Of a stretch of DNA of 64,000 nucleotides, positions 50,224 through 64,000 are shown piece by piece (position 1 is the stretch's first letter; each line of letters begins with the position of its first letter). The position numbers and the translations under genes are program-made. The stretch is from Psammoneis japonica. Its lineage: Eukaryota. A model generated the notes under the pieces. It worked only from the letters and a program-made list of their open reading frames with translations, searched no databases and was not told the DNA's origin. Location of the stretch: positions 188,517 to 252,516 of the forward strand of contig QPGO01000075.1 of assembly GCA_008632985.1 (NCBI GenBank). Direction: 5' to 3'.

Positions 50224-53200
50224 TAATTTCTATAATTTTTTCTACGTAAAATTTCTACGTGATTTTTGCACTAGTGCACATGGCTTGTTGGACCAGCCTT
50301 GAGCCATGGGATCCATCGGAAAAAACCGAGCAGCATGGTCAGCCAGCAAGTGGTCACTGGACGTGTCCAAATGAGCAACCATTCATTCAAAGACCAAGTG
50401 CGTGTTGCTGTTTGAGTGATCCATTTGTTCTTGGCATCAAAAAGAAAGTGTTGCCCTTGCTGGGGCCACTGGTTTGTGGCAGCTGCGGCAGTGACTTCAT
50501 CACGAAAGAGCTGCATTTGATTTGACATTTGGTGTGTCGTTGATGTTGTGACGAGCTTGACAACAATTGTGCAAGATTGTTTTGAGGCTCTCAGAAAGGC
50601 TCTTCAGCGATCCTTCACAGTTGAAATGAGGGCTGAGATGCACCAGCAATGTTGGAAAATGGATTCTCTGGAAGACAACATTGTTTGTTGTCGATCCAAA
50701 AAATGATGGCTTGCACAGTCTTGGGTGCAAATGTCTGCTCTCTGTCCTGGAAAACAGGCTTGCTCTTCAACACCCATCACTTTGAACCACCTCATCCTTT
50801 TGTGATCTTCTTGAGAGAGAGTGCAGCAATGCTGCTCATCTGCATGGAAGAAATGGGGCATTGTGAGCTCATTTGCTGACTGCAAGCTGAGGCAGCATGC
50901 CAGCAAGCATGTTGACACCAACAAAGAATCCTTGGATTGGCAAACTTTGTCAATGGTTGCCTTGACAAGAGTGACTTCATTCAGAAGGGCCATGACGATG
51001 TGTCCTTCGGACTGCCGCCAAAATGCCAGAATGTCTTCTCGATGCCACAGCATCACCTTTCATTGGATTGCCATCTCTGAAGCCCTTCTTGCCTGCCATG
51101 CAGCTGCAATGTGCCACATGATTGGTTGTGGGTTGTGATCTGTGCCATCACTGACTGTGCCTTTGGCAGGCACCCTGTCATGCTCTGCAGCGGTGCTGTC
51201 CCAAACAACCTTGCACCAACAAAATCAACTCTTCCAAGAACACAAGATGCAAATGGATTGGACTTGTGTCTTGAAAAAGGAAATGGCGGATGTTGTGAGA
51301 TTGATGTGCAACAGTTGAGAGAGTGAGGACACAGATGCACCCACCTGCAGAAATTCTCAGACTTTGCCAAAGATCCATGTCACCATGTGTTTTGCAATTT
51401 CAGCAGTTGGTTCATGCCATGCCACTGCACTTTCCATTTGGTGTCTGGCAAGCCCAGCATCTTGGCGCGGATTTGCAATCAGAGCAGGCCACATGATGGG
51501 GTGACTTTCTTCCTCAACAGCCTTGTTGACAGTGCCAAGCAACTGCGCAACAAACACACTTGTCTCGACCGCCAAAGCAGCAAGTCCCTCCCAAAATTTG
51601 CCAATGAGTGGGATGAAATGCTCCACTTCCATTTGCTTGAATGCACGAGGAAGAAAGATCCAATTTGAGCAACACCAAAAGGCATCTTTGATGGGAAGTT
51701 TTCTTGGCATTTTTGAAGTTGACAAAGATTCCTTGGGCTGTCCTCAGCCTTGGACAGGCAGCAGACGATCCATTTGCATCAACGCCAACACCGTTTTGAA
51801 ACAAAAGATTAAAATCACAAAGCGTGCAGTCAAAGCATGCTGTCTGCTGGTGAGCAATGGGATTTGCTGCATTTCCTCCTCCGTGGTTTGGCAAATTCAT
51901 GAAAACTGAACATCTTGATTGGAGTTCCTTGTGTGTCTTTTGTTTTTGGCTGCTTCTCAGCATGTTTCTTTGCAGACTTGACTGCATCTTTGCAGCTGCC
52001 TTCCTGCTTCCTGAGCACAGACATTGCCTGAAGTTTCTCCGCTTTCTTTCACCACGATTGTAGAAAAACAAGCTGATCAGCACAAAAACGCAGCTTTGTC
52101 TCCTTGCAATCCACAATTGGGTCCAAGAGTCCATCCAAATGGCTTGCAAGATTAACAAGTGCCATGTGTGAGAATCCAACAGCTTCCTTTCAAACATTGT
52201 GCAATGTGCTGTTCCACACACTTGACACACTTGTCTGAGCTCTTCCAATTTGTAAGATTGCATGAATGATGCAAGCATCCGGCCCCACAACATGTTGCCA
52301 ATGAGTTGCAAAGCTGCTCCGCCACAAGTCCCTGGTTTTTTCTTGAGCTCACCTCCCATCAAATCACAATTGTGAAATCCTGTGCATCCATCACAAGCAA
52401 CAAACATTTCTGGTGCAGGGAAAACAGCACAGAGAATGCGGAGCCTGTGATGGCTTGTTGTTGCAGTTAATTGCAAACAAGGCCTGCATCATGACAACTC
52501 CAAAGCAAGCGGCATGGAAATGGACTTCACATGGAGAGATGGAACAAAACAGAGTCCAGGAGAAGCAGCAAGCTGAAGACAGATGCAACATCATCTTCTG
52601 TTGTGGTGGTTGCAAGCCAAGGCCCAGAATGGGAGGCGTCTTTGGAAGTGAGATTGTCGAAGGCGGTCTGATTGCCAGTGCATTTGGGGGTCTTCCCAGT
52701 GCAATTTGCATGCAAAAGCAAACACATGGGATCTGTCCAGTGTCGCCAAATGCCCTGATTGCACTGATTGACAGACTGTTTTAGTGCAAATTCTGTGCAA
52801 CTTTCTTCGACAGTCTTGCTTCCAAAGATGCCCCCCCAAAAAAGATTTTTTGGATTCCAAAAAAGATGTCAAAGGGAGTTGCAACATTTGTGATTGCATG
52901 CTGCAAATTGCTGAACACTCTTGTCCCTTTTTGTGCATGAAGCGCCTTGGATTGCCCTGAAGAGGAAAATTTCCATTCGTTGCAATTTTGCACCAGAGCC
53001 ACGCAGAAATTTACAGAGCCACATCTTGCTGCTTTCCAATGCTCCTCCCACCTCCAATCTTGACCTCCAACAAAAACACAGTGAAACACGGGGATGTGTC
53101 CGACAATGGCAGCACCCATTGTCGTCAACTCTGCTGATTTTCACAAATCTTCCATGCTTCAGCATGCTCTTCATGGCAACAAAAGAGAGCTTTCTTGTTT

Positions 53201-53517
53201 GCTCAGTTTGGCCCCACTGGCATCAGAGTGCACGAAATGTTAAAAATGTGCAGATTTGCATGATGACAATTTGTCAAAACATTGCAAAAAATCATTGTCA
53301 TGTGATGAAAGGCCAACCTCTGGTTGCAAGTTTGGTGCACCAATGTTGCAATGACTTGTTGAGAATTGTGCATGCTGTTTTTCACTGTGTCCACATCGCT
53401 GTTTCTGCCTCCACCTTGTTGCCATGTGCCAATGCATGATTGCATTGCCACACAATCCTTGGTTTGTTAATTTTCGTAAACATCATTTTAAACAAGAAAA
53501 GCATTTCATCGGTTGAG

Positions 53518-54930
53518 TCAATCCCTTGTTGCGTCTGCAGTGCAATGACCAAGTGCTGTGTTGACTGTGCACACATTTTCTTGCTGCAACTCTCTCAAAC
53601 GAAGCTGACGATCATCATCGGACTCGTCTCCATTGGACTTGTCTCCTCCGTCGTCCGTTTTGCCTTTTGCACCTTCCTCCCACTCATCGTCGTCACTGTC
53701 ATCGTCCCTGCTGCTCTCCACCATCAGGCTGTTCATTGCCTTCACCTTCTCCGTGTCACCGGTCGGTGCTTTCTTCTTCTTCTTTTTTGCTTCTCCGGAC
53801 TTCTTGCACTCGCTTTTCTTGATCTCCGCATGCCACTTTTCAAACTCCTTGCCCTCCTTGGAGTCTCCATCTTTCGTCACCTCTTTGCACAAATCGTTGA
53901 ACCGATTGATTCCGTCGTCTCCCCAAGACACTCGTTGTTTCTTTGGCTTCATGTGCCGAGGGGCAGGCCTTGTTTTCGAGCTCCATTTCCTCACCCAATT
54001 CTTCCGCCGCCTCCTCCTTGTTCCTGCATGCCCACACCTGCCAACAATTCTCCACAGCCAATGGCGCCAAAGCTTCGTCACCGACCATGAACAACTGTGA
54101 GACCTGTGCATTCCCAGTTTTGACGGCGCTGCTCCATGCCTGCTTTTGCTTGGTTTGAGGCAGCATGTGATCACAGAACCACTTGCATGCCTGCTTGTTC
54201 CTTTGTTTGCCGCCGGTGACAGTGTCCAGGCTGAACGGATCCCATGTCGGCACAAACGGGATGTCATTCTCTTCATTCTTGTCACGGCTTGACTTCCTGC
54301 CTTGCTTTTTCCTCCTGACTGCCGCCTTGAGTTTCTTTTCTTTTTCCTTTCCCTCTTCCTTGGTGACAACGCCTGTGTGGACAAAGCATCACCGTCATCT
54401 TCTTGTGAGATGCGCGCAACTCTCGAATCACACACATTGGTCACTTGACTTGCGGGCCATTGCCTCCGCCCCAACAGCCGAACACACCGTGTTTCTGCGA
54501 TTGTCAACTTGCCTTTTTACCGCCTTTTTTGCCCATTCCTCCCAAGTTCCTGACCAATTTGAAGTGTCCATGTTGTCACCAGCAATCTGTTTCTTGACAA
54601 ACATTGAGACGCTCCCATTGCTTGCCAATTCTGATGGACTGAGAAACTTCACCTGTGGAAAGAGATCATTTCTGGCCACCTTCTCTGCTTCTGATTTCAA
54701 TGCACCATGCGCTGCCTGCGTGCCCGTTCTCTTCAACACTGCCTGAAGTCTCGGGCTCATTGGCTTGACAGTCTCATTTTTCTTTCTCTTCTTTGCCGGT
54801 GGTGCTGGAGACAACATCTTGATCTTTTCACGGCAACAATGAGAGGAGCAGCACTGTTCGACAGTGCAACCGTCATTTGGGTCGTGTTGAGACAGCCAGG
54901 CACTCCATTTTTCTCTGTGACATTGCACAA
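53518..54930 (-). pseudogene. Decayed transposon accessory ORF divergent from the Plavaka-like transposase
   Basis: DEALAPLAVENCW and WGDDGINRFNDLCKEV segments in different frames; pattern recalled from transposon-associated ORFs. Confidence 0.5.
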
Positions 54931-55497
54931 ATTGTTGTCAGCAACACATGCATTTGAAAACACATTTGCATGTGACAACAAACAGTCCAACTCACTTTTT
55001 GACATGGCTGTCATTGCGTTTCAACGGAGACAACATCCTGCATTTTGATGGCAAACAACAGCACAATGTTCATTGTGAATGCCAGATAAAAAATCAAAAT
55101 GCAGACACATCATGCCTGTGAGAATCATCCAAATCTGCAAGACAATGCAATGTTTGCCAATTTCCCGCCATTTTTTCCACAAGACAAGGACAACGAGCAT
55201 GAGTCTTGATGAAGGCCCTGTCAATGTTGTCTGATTGACAATGGACAGAAACCCTCTTCTCTGTCCCGGTTGTGGCCAAAGTTTTTTGCGAATGGCCTGC
55301 CATTGGAGACACTCACCAACGTGTTGCTCAGTTGCCCAAGAGTTGCAAACCCAAGATCCAATCCCAGATCAAAGCGACATTCCTGCCACAACAGAGGGGC
55401 CACCCATGAAGAAAGCGGCAGTTCTTCCTCTTCGTCCTCTGATGATGACAAATCCCATCCGAGGCGATCTGCTTGCAGCAGATTCCCAAGATCTTCA

Positions 55498-58400
55498 ATG
55501 AGTGATCAGAGCAGCAGCCCCTTGTTCCCCTCCCCGGATGACGCACCACACGGAATGGACGACATGTCCTCCATTTCATCAAACCACAGCATGCATGGAG
55601 TTGAACTTTCAGCAATGAATGATTTGGATGTTGGCGGTGGTCAATCCTTTGCTGCAGTGTTGGACGTGACAATGGAGGAGGAAGAGGACATTCACGATGA
55701 GGATCAACGTTTGGGGATCAGGTGTGACGCTCCTGCAGAAGAGGCCTTGGCTTCTACTCCCTCTTTGACAAATCTTGACGGAGCTTTCGTAGAGTTGTGC
55801 AAGAAGATCATGGACACACGTGGTGCTCCCCTGGAATTGCACGACTGCATTGTTGATTTCATTGAGAGGCACACTGGCAACAGCAACATTGAGCTTGGTG
55901 CAGCTCTGCCAAGGAGAAAAGAGTTGATGCGCACCTTAACTGAGCATTTCCCTCTTCCACCCAGCGAGTCCATTCCTGTCACTCTAGAAACCAAAAATTT
56001 CAAAACCGGTTTGCCAAAACGAGTGTCAGTGCCAAGATGGGATTTCACAAAGGTTTGGGAATAATTTTTACTCGATCCTCACCTGTGGTGCAGCAGAGAG
56101 AATGTGGCCGATCCAGACAATCCTTTTGGGGAGTGCAAAGCGAAGGGACCGGATGACAAGTGCCTTTTGGCGGGTGAGTGGTGCAGGCGTAGTTACGAAG
56201 AACGGACAACTGACCCGGAGAAACAATTTCTCGAGTGCAATGTCATTCACCTTGACAAGACTGGTGGGACACAAGGGATGGGATCACATTGCGGAGAACC
56301 AGTGATCATGACCTCTGTGCATGTTGCCTTCAACAAATGGTTGGACAAGAGTGTCTGGAAACCAATTGGTTGTCTCCCGGATTTGGAAAAGATGTCTCAT
56401 CTGCGGCAAAGAATCTCTCAAACAATCGCAAGGCGGAGAAGGGACGCTCGTCAAGAGACTGCCACACTTGCTTGCGTGTTGTTTTGGAGCCACTTTTGGA
56501 AGTCATGAGAAAAGGAGGCATGAAAACATGTGCGCAACAAGGGGATGAGATGCGATGCCTCCACGTGATCCCACTGATTGTTCTGATCACAGGAGACGCA
56601 AAAAGTGGCAACTGTCTCGTCGGACGATGCGGAGGTCACAACTGTCGTCAACGTTGCTGTCGTTTTTGCCTCACTGGCTTCAACAAACTGGACGACCCAT
56701 GGATTGAATGCGAGTTTGTCCGAGGACTGGATCTCCACCAAGTGCAAACTAAGGCCAACGACGACAACAGATCAGACCAAGAAAGGAAGCACTGGTTGGG
56801 CATCTTGCATTGCCTCAAGCAACACAACGCACCCACCAACTGTCTTTTTGAGGCAGACTTTGGCGCACAACCATGCGGCGCCACCCTTGCGACAGCAAGT
56901 GACATGATGCATCTCTTTGAAAATGGCACCTTGAAAAGGGCAGTCAATTCATTTGTAGACAGCATGACACCTGTGGTCGCAAGTGAGGTGGACAGCACAG
57001 TGGAAAGGATTTTCAGCAATCACCGGTCAACTTGCAAAGCATCCTTTTTGCGAACAAACTTCAAAGGAGGAGCAACGTCGCTCACCTTCCTCAACTCTCA
57101 CCACTGGGCTGGAATGGCTTTTGTTTTCTACCTTCTCCTGTCAACCAGCGAGGGACGAAATGCATGTGAGTCATGCTTCCTTGACGAGGACGCAGACGAA
57201 CCCATTGTTCCAGAGAATCGCAAGACACCCAAAGCAAACTTTGAGAGTTGCTGCCAACCTGGTGAGTGCTTGGACTCTGACGATGAAAGGTCAGAGGAGT
57301 CGAAGAGGGTGACTGGGACGAAAATGAGGATGAGAAAGAGGAGAGTGAGGCTGAGGATGGTGACGACAACCAAAAAAAGAAAAAATGCAAGGGAAAAAGA
57401 CTTGACTGCAGCGTCCGGCAATTCATTCAATTGCTCGAGGACCTTCTTGTCTTCCACGCATGGCACAGGCTGGGCAATCCACCCATCACAAGCGCAACTC
57501 CCAGTTCATCTGTTCAGAAAACAAACAAGAAAATCCGTCTCCTCATTGACCGGATGGTGCAATTCGTCCCGCGAACAGAAGGATGTGGGAGGAAGCTTCA
57601 AAAGCTTCATGAAACTCTCCATCTCCCAGTGTTTCTTTGTTGTTGCCGACATGCGATGAACTTTGACACAGGCTTGGGGGAGTGTCTCTTGAAAGACTTT
57701 TTCAAGCTGCCATCATCTGCCGCACAACAACGCAACCTCGACAGTTTTCTGAAGCAGGTCGTGTCGCGCATGGAGGACCAAATGAGGCTCAACGCTGCAA
57801 TTTCAGCTGACAGTTGGATTTTGCCAACTGGGAAAAAGGAATCATCAAGAGTCAGGATGGACAATCACACGCTGGGAGGAAGTGCATTCACTCTCACCTG
57901 CAATCGAGGGATCGGCGCTGTGACGTTTGAGTGGAACAGCTTGCATGCTGTTGCCAAGTTCATCCTGTGTTGCTGAACTTCATGTCGGAAAAGTGGGAGG
58001 ATTGTGTTGGTGAAGACAGTGAAAACACACACCTGACTTGTAAGACAGAGTTTTACAATGCAAATGGGAGGGATGCGTGCCGTGCACACCCCAGTTGCAA
58101 AAGCAAAGGACCATGGCATGACTTTGCCTGTGTGACCTTTGGCACAAAAAGGGCGATCAACAGTTTCCCTCCCGTTTGCTGTGTTTCTTTGAACAGGAAG
58201 ACACAGGATCGATTTTTGCAGTGGTCCATCCAACCACTTGTCAAGCTGACCAGAGAACTGTGAGGCAACGGTGTCAGCATGCAGACTTGGTTGGTCGCTG
58301 GCAGCTTGATCACAAACGAAACAACTGGCTTTTTTCAATGCCTGAGAAGACTCAGTGTTTACCTGAGTTGCGTGTTGTCCCTGTCGAAGCAATTGGGGAC

Positions 58401-58520
58401 AATGTTTTGGTTTATGAAGAATGTCCAGGAGCAGCAGAAGCACAAGAAAAGGCCCCATTTGTTTGGGCTGCACAGGACAGAAGGAAGTGTTGGTCAGATT
58501 TGTTTCTAAAACAGGGTGCG
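55498..58520 (+). mobile_element. Plavaka-like transposase pseudogene
   Basis: DKT...EPV, WKPIG.LPDL, R..H.CL, ITGDAKS...GR, D.MH.F..G, KLHE..H and RAHP.....PW.D segments spread over several frames with stops. Confidence 0.7.
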
Positions 58521-61500
58521 CGTGTCAATCCATCATTCACTCACAGTGATTTCCCAACTCTTTCTTGCAAACATGATGAATTTGATCCTTTCAGAATTGG
58601 CAAAGTCATTGTGGTGCACGTGAAGCAGTGCGGTGCGAGCACCTTCCATTGCTTTCGTTCTGATGTCTTCTTCTGAAACTCCAAGATGAGCTTCTTCCTG
58701 ATCGGAAGGCTTTCCCAACCACCGACACGACAGGAAACTCTCGATGCATCAGATGTGTGCAGTTTTAGAGCAATTGCTTCCTCACAGATTCTATGCAGTG
58801 TCCACTCACACGGTCCACCCAGTCATCCTGTGCCATGAAATGTTCCCTGGCAGCCACAATTGCCTGCTGAAAGTCGGGCGCTGTGGTCAGGCTGGTTGAC
58901 AGCCACCAATTGTGCCTCGATTTGCAATGTCAGCTGCAGGACCCTTTCTCTTGCCACGGCTTCTTTGTCCACAGCCCGGATCGCGGTCCATGTCCCTCCC
59001 CGCATTTGATCTGTGCCTGGCCTCAGATCATGCAAAGCTTGCCACTGTCGCTGCAAGGCAACATCTTTCCTTGTCAAACAGTCGAGGGCCTCGTGGAGCA
59101 ACGTGATTGTGTCCTTCAGGACGCGCTGTGGCTGTGTTAGATGTCGCCTTCGAAGGAGTGGCACGGCACGGCGGTGGATGGATTTGTCAATGCTGTTAAT
59201 CGCAGATTGCTCCCTCTCCACTCTTGTGGCATCTGTGTCAGAATTTGCCCTGAGGCTTCTCAGAAGCAACGTCGAGTCACAGCTGTGCAGCATGTGCAGC
59301 CTGCATTCTGATTTTTGATGTCCTGCAACGGAGATTGGGAGCCCCAGTTCTTTTGCGTCAAATGCGTTGCCGCGAAGAAAGTGTTGGAAACTCATTTCTG
59401 CTTTGCTGCAACTTTCCACTGCAACAACACAGTCATTGTCTGAATGATGTGTCTTGATCGATGACTCAATGCACTGCGCACAGATGTGCTTAAATTCGTG
59501 AGTGGCTGTTGCTTGATTTAACAAAGCACTCTCAAGTGCGGTCGTTGCAGCCACACCAGCACGACGGGCTTCTGCCATTGCTTCCGCCAATCTTGACACA
59601 GCAGCCTTTGCATCCTTTGCTCTCTGTTCCTCTGAACAATGAGCAGCATCAGCATGAACAAAACCATCAATTGTCTCCATCATCCGGCGATGGAAATCCT
59701 CATCAGCGGATGGACGGAGTTCATCTGACATGGTTTTCTTCCAATGCTCTGATTGTTGTGGTCATGGGTCCGCCATTGCATTCACCAGATTGGTCGTGCG
59801 TCAGTCACAAAATTCTGGTTTCTGTGGAAATGTGCCAGAGTGGTGCGTGGGAGAAGTTGCATGCACGCCTGGTGGGATTTGGAGTTTTAAACACAAAAAC
59901 CCACCAGACGCGTGTGTGACTTCTCCCAGGGAAATCCTGCATGAGATTGCACCGGGAAAGGGCAGTGCAGAGTGCAGAATTGATGGAAGAAAACATTGTG
60001 CGAACATGCATCAGGAGAAAGGGTGCATGCACTGGAAAACAACATGGATTTCTACATGCGCATTAAGGTGCGTGAAGAACACGTGGGTGCCTTCAAGTGA
60101 CGCATGCAAACAATCACAAAGAAACATTTGGAAATGGAGACAGCATGGAGAGAAGTCAGAAACATGGATCCAAAACAAAGTGACACACGATGAAGGCGAC
60201 GGCTGCAGGATCAATGAAAAAGAAGGATTCGGATGGAAAGACGCCGGAGACGGTGAAAACAGGCGGTGCCAAGACGAAGAAGGAAGAGAAAAACAGGACG
60301 GGCAAAATGAAGAAAGAGAAAAAGAAGCAGACTGCACGACGTCAAGAGGGGAGCAGCGACACGATTCTGCATTTCGAGGGACCTCTTCCTCTCAATGATG
60401 TTCACCCAAATGCAAGAAATGCAGTGTGGCTTTTTTGGAACGGTGATGAGGAAACATCCAACGCGGCAGCGGCGTGTTTGAAATTCTTGCAAGAGAGCAG
60501 ACAAGACATGTGGAATGAAGAGGACGATGCAGACGAACAGGCTATTGGAGCACAGTTGTTGACCAAATGATTGGTGCACACTTTGCATGATGAAAATTTC
60601 ATTGCATGCAATTGCAATGTTTGGCTTGTCGTTAAAGATCGTCAGTTGTTGAGAAAAAGACAGAGCACAAAAATTAAAAAGCATCTGTGTTCAAACATGA
60701 AGAACAGCAGGAGATTGACAATTGACCAAACAACAAAAACCGTCATGTGCAGACAAGCAAATTTTACAATGTGGCAATGTGATTTTATCATGCATGCAGA
60801 TGTTACGATGTCGTGCACTCTGATGTGTGGGACTCCCGAAAATTCCCCGGGATTGCTGCCTTTTGCCACAATTTTTGCGGGAAGTGTAAATTCCCGGGGA
60901 ATCACCATGAATGATGCCACGTCATGCACACACTTCACACATGCACAAAAATTTGTGCATTGGAAATTCCCGTGCTTCCCCTCTCATGCATTTCCATGTG
61001 CACTTTCTGCAGTGCGTGCAGGGATGTGCGGAGCCAGACAATTGATCAACCACAACAAAAACAGGCAACATGCCATGGCATGCTCACGTCCCATTTATCA
61101 TGATGGCTTTTGCCCATCAATCATGACACCATTCAATGCACTCAACAATGTGGTTGAATGGGATCCACAGCAGCACAAAACATGGGATGAAATGTGGTTG
61201 CTCATGTGCAGAATGTCAGCATGATTGATTGTCAGCTGTTGGTTGTCATTTTGTGGTGCAGTCTCAAATGTGAGCCATGAGGCATGCAGTGAAGGCCAGG
61301 GCAAAAGCAGAGTCATGCACAGCCAACAATGACAATGAGGTGGATTGCATGGTCACCCTTGCTCTTCCAATTGTTGTGTCACATGTGCAGAATGAAGCAC
61401 ATCGTCCAAATCACTCTTGTGTCATGCAGTCACAAATGCAAGCCATGAGGCATCTGGGGTGAAGGATGAGGCAAATCACAGCCACACATGCCTGACAAAA

Positions 61501-62779
61501 ATGTGGTGGATTGATTGCACACAGGAAATGAGATCAACCCATGTTGCGCAACGTGACAGGGGAGTGAAATTGACACATTGGGTGTCCTCTGTCATGAGCT
61601 CCTCACGATTTCACCATGTGCACATCTTGGGGGGTTTGCACACATGTTGGGGGTTTGCACGCATGTTGAGGGAGTGCATGTCACATGACCCCCTGCATGC
61701 ACACCCCATGCATGCACCTGTGCACGTCATGCCCATGTCATCACGGACACCTTCCAAGGTGCTTTGCATCATCACAACTGCGTTGCCCTCCCTGCATCAT
61801 CCTGACATCATGATGTTTCAATGTTTGACCATCAAAACAACTGCTCTGCTTCACCAATTGCAGCACACCGTCTTTTCAACATCGTTTTTTACAAATGCAT
61901 GCAGGATCTTCCCTGACGTCAGTGACAACAGATGCCATGGCAGTGCCCATTGCTGCAGCAGGTTCTTGCCATTGTGCAAAAGTTTCTTTGTGCTTTTTAG
62001 CCGCAACAAAGAGGGCTGTTGAGCACTGTTGCATTTGACAGAAATGTGTCGCTGCCCAAAGAACTGACAACTGTCATCCCACACCAACTGAACAAGCTGC
62101 CACAGCCTGCTCAAAACATTCTCCTGCACAACAACCTTGATTTTTTCTGTCGCACAACCACACTTTTTTCTTGTTGTTCTTTTTCCACTTGCAGCCACAC
62201 CCATCTTTCTTGCACACTAAACCCACAACTTCCCACCAACTCTCACAAAGACAGAAATGATCCTGGTTTTTGTGATCATGACAATTGCACTTCAAACTGT
62301 TCTCAATTGCAAGTCATCATGCACTTGCTGGCTTTCTTGAGCTCCAACAGCTGCTGGCAAGCCAGAGTTGGTGGTCAGAGGTGTGGCAAACTGCACTGGG
62401 GCAGTTTGCTCTTGCACAGCAGGCTTGCATCTTTTTTGCTTGACCAGAGCCCTTCAGTCATTCTGGCTTTGACCACCTCTTTTTGCTGTGGAAAAGCTCT
62501 TTTGCATTTTTCTTTCATTCTCTTCCAACTTTTGCAATGATGTTCATTTTTAATTTTCTCCCTCTTGAATGGCCATGGGTGTTGTTTGCCAAGCATGGCA
62601 AAATCAGCATTGATTTTTTATCTGCAACTTCAAGAAAATTGCTGCAGGCACACAGTGGCTGGCTTTGCAAGGCTGCAGACCTCCCCAACTTTGACACACA
62701 CAAACAAAGATTTCACATCTCACATGACCCCAAGTCAATGAGGGACAATGCAAGGAACATTGCTGCTCATGATTTCCAT

Positions 62780-63850
62780 TTTAGACAGCAGAGCAGCAAC
62801 AGACAGAAAAAACACATGCCAGATGCAAGAAGGTGAGAGCTGCAGCTTCCTCAACCAATGCTGGAGAGAAATCTGGCCCTTCTTGCCTTCAACCCAAACA
62901 GAGCCAGTGGGTGCACAAAAAGAGGCAGCTGAGCTGTGGCTTCAACACAGTGTCACCAGCACGTGCAGTTGTCCTTGTGATGAATCTGTGCCAGATCATC
63001 ACAAGTGTCAGTTGTCACAAAGCCATTTTGGCTCCATTTTGCACATCTGCACTTGTGCTGGTGGTGCATCTCATTGTGCCAGCAGTGCCCCAGTTGTTGC
63101 TGCTGATTGCAGCTCTTGGGCTGTCATTGCAATGGAAGAAAAGCTGCAAGCTCTGTTTGGGGCCAGAGGAAGCAGTCATTTGCACAAGGTAAATCAAGGT
63201 GGTGTTTTTGCCAAAAAATGAAAATTGGGTGTGCTGTGCTGTGTCATGTCCATGGGCTCAGCCTTGGGTCCATCAACTCGTGTTTTTTTTCTTCTGTTGT
63301 TGGGCAAAACAGCTGCAAACAAAGGGGCATTTCTCAGTTGTCAATCATCTTCATCACACATGCCTGTTAATTTTCTGACCCACAAAAATGTTTTTTTTAG
63401 CAAGCTTGGTTGGCTGTGCACATGTGTGCATGCAGACGAGCATTGTTGTTTGCTCCACATTGAAGTGTGTCAGTCAATTTGATCTGTGTCTAAAGGAGAC
63501 AGCATTGACTCAAAATCTGTGACATGCAAGAGTTGCTTGTGCGGGGCTTTGGTTGTTCATAAATCAAAAACAACAGCAAGCAAATGTGACTTGAAATTTG
63601 TGGAAAATGAAAGCATGGAGCAGGATGTCTCTTGCTGGGACACATTGTCTCATGCACACACACCTGCCACTTGCCCCTTTTGAGGGCTGGCAAGGCCACA
63701 TGCACAAGGTTGTCAGTGTCCTCTCTCTTGCAAGCTGAGTGAGTGAGAATGGCATGCCAGCTTTTGCACCAAGGCAGCTTGTGAACAGGGCAGCTTCTCA
63801 ACTCTGCAATGTTTTCTGCAAATGTGCTGACAAACAGTGTGCAAAACAAC
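62780..63850 (+). repeat. Dispersed repeat, copy 2 (copy 1 at ~32280-33400)
   Basis: Same collinear blocks as copy 1; both copies are TpA- and CpG-depleted. Confidence 0.75.
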
Positions 63851-64000
63851 AAAACACACCTGACAGCAGTGCTTCTTTTGGATGACAGGGAAGAAAAACT
63901 TGTGTTGGTCACAAATGAGGGACATTTTGCATTCCCCATGGAGCCTTTTCTCAATGTTGCCCCTTTGTGTGCTGCTGCCATTTCCATTCCGGCGTGCCAC

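Noticed and set aside
58823..60700. ORFs of 302 and 126 aa that look partly protein-like
   Set aside because: Lie in TA-free DNA with no recognisable motif; possibly decayed transposon cargo but cannot be supported.
31040..64000. Dense overlapping Cys/His/Gln-rich ORFs in all six frames
   Set aside because: Expected by-product of TA loss, which removes TAA/TAG stops and turns Tyr codons into Cys/His; not treated as genes.

Overview
Eukaryotic nuclear DNA, most likely from a diatom: it has short GT-AG introns, ASAFAP-type bipartite plastid presequences and a CoDi-like Ty1/copia element. An intact gene island (~5.1-31 kb) holds genes for a Nudix hydrolase, CcdA, a plastid-targeted UxxC selenoprotein with a candidate SECIS, class II aldolase, a HAD/methyltransferase/MDR-dehydrogenase fusion, a TPR-MYND USP, a C2H2 protein, a Sec6-like protein, MOCS2A and a Patched/Dispatched-like protein, plus a MULE-like MITE. 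Decayed transposon tracts (copia, hAT, Plavaka-like) flank the island. The main signal is that these tracts have lost almost all TpA dinucleotides by TA->TG/CA transitions (A->G on either strand). This shows up as Tyr->Cys/His changes in conserved transposon motifs and in a direct comparison of an unmutated and a mutated copy of the same repeat. It suggests a repeat-targeted A-to-G hypermutation process, opposite in direction to fungal RIP and separable from CpG decay. All alignments and dinucleotide patterns were read by eye; no counts or database searches were run.
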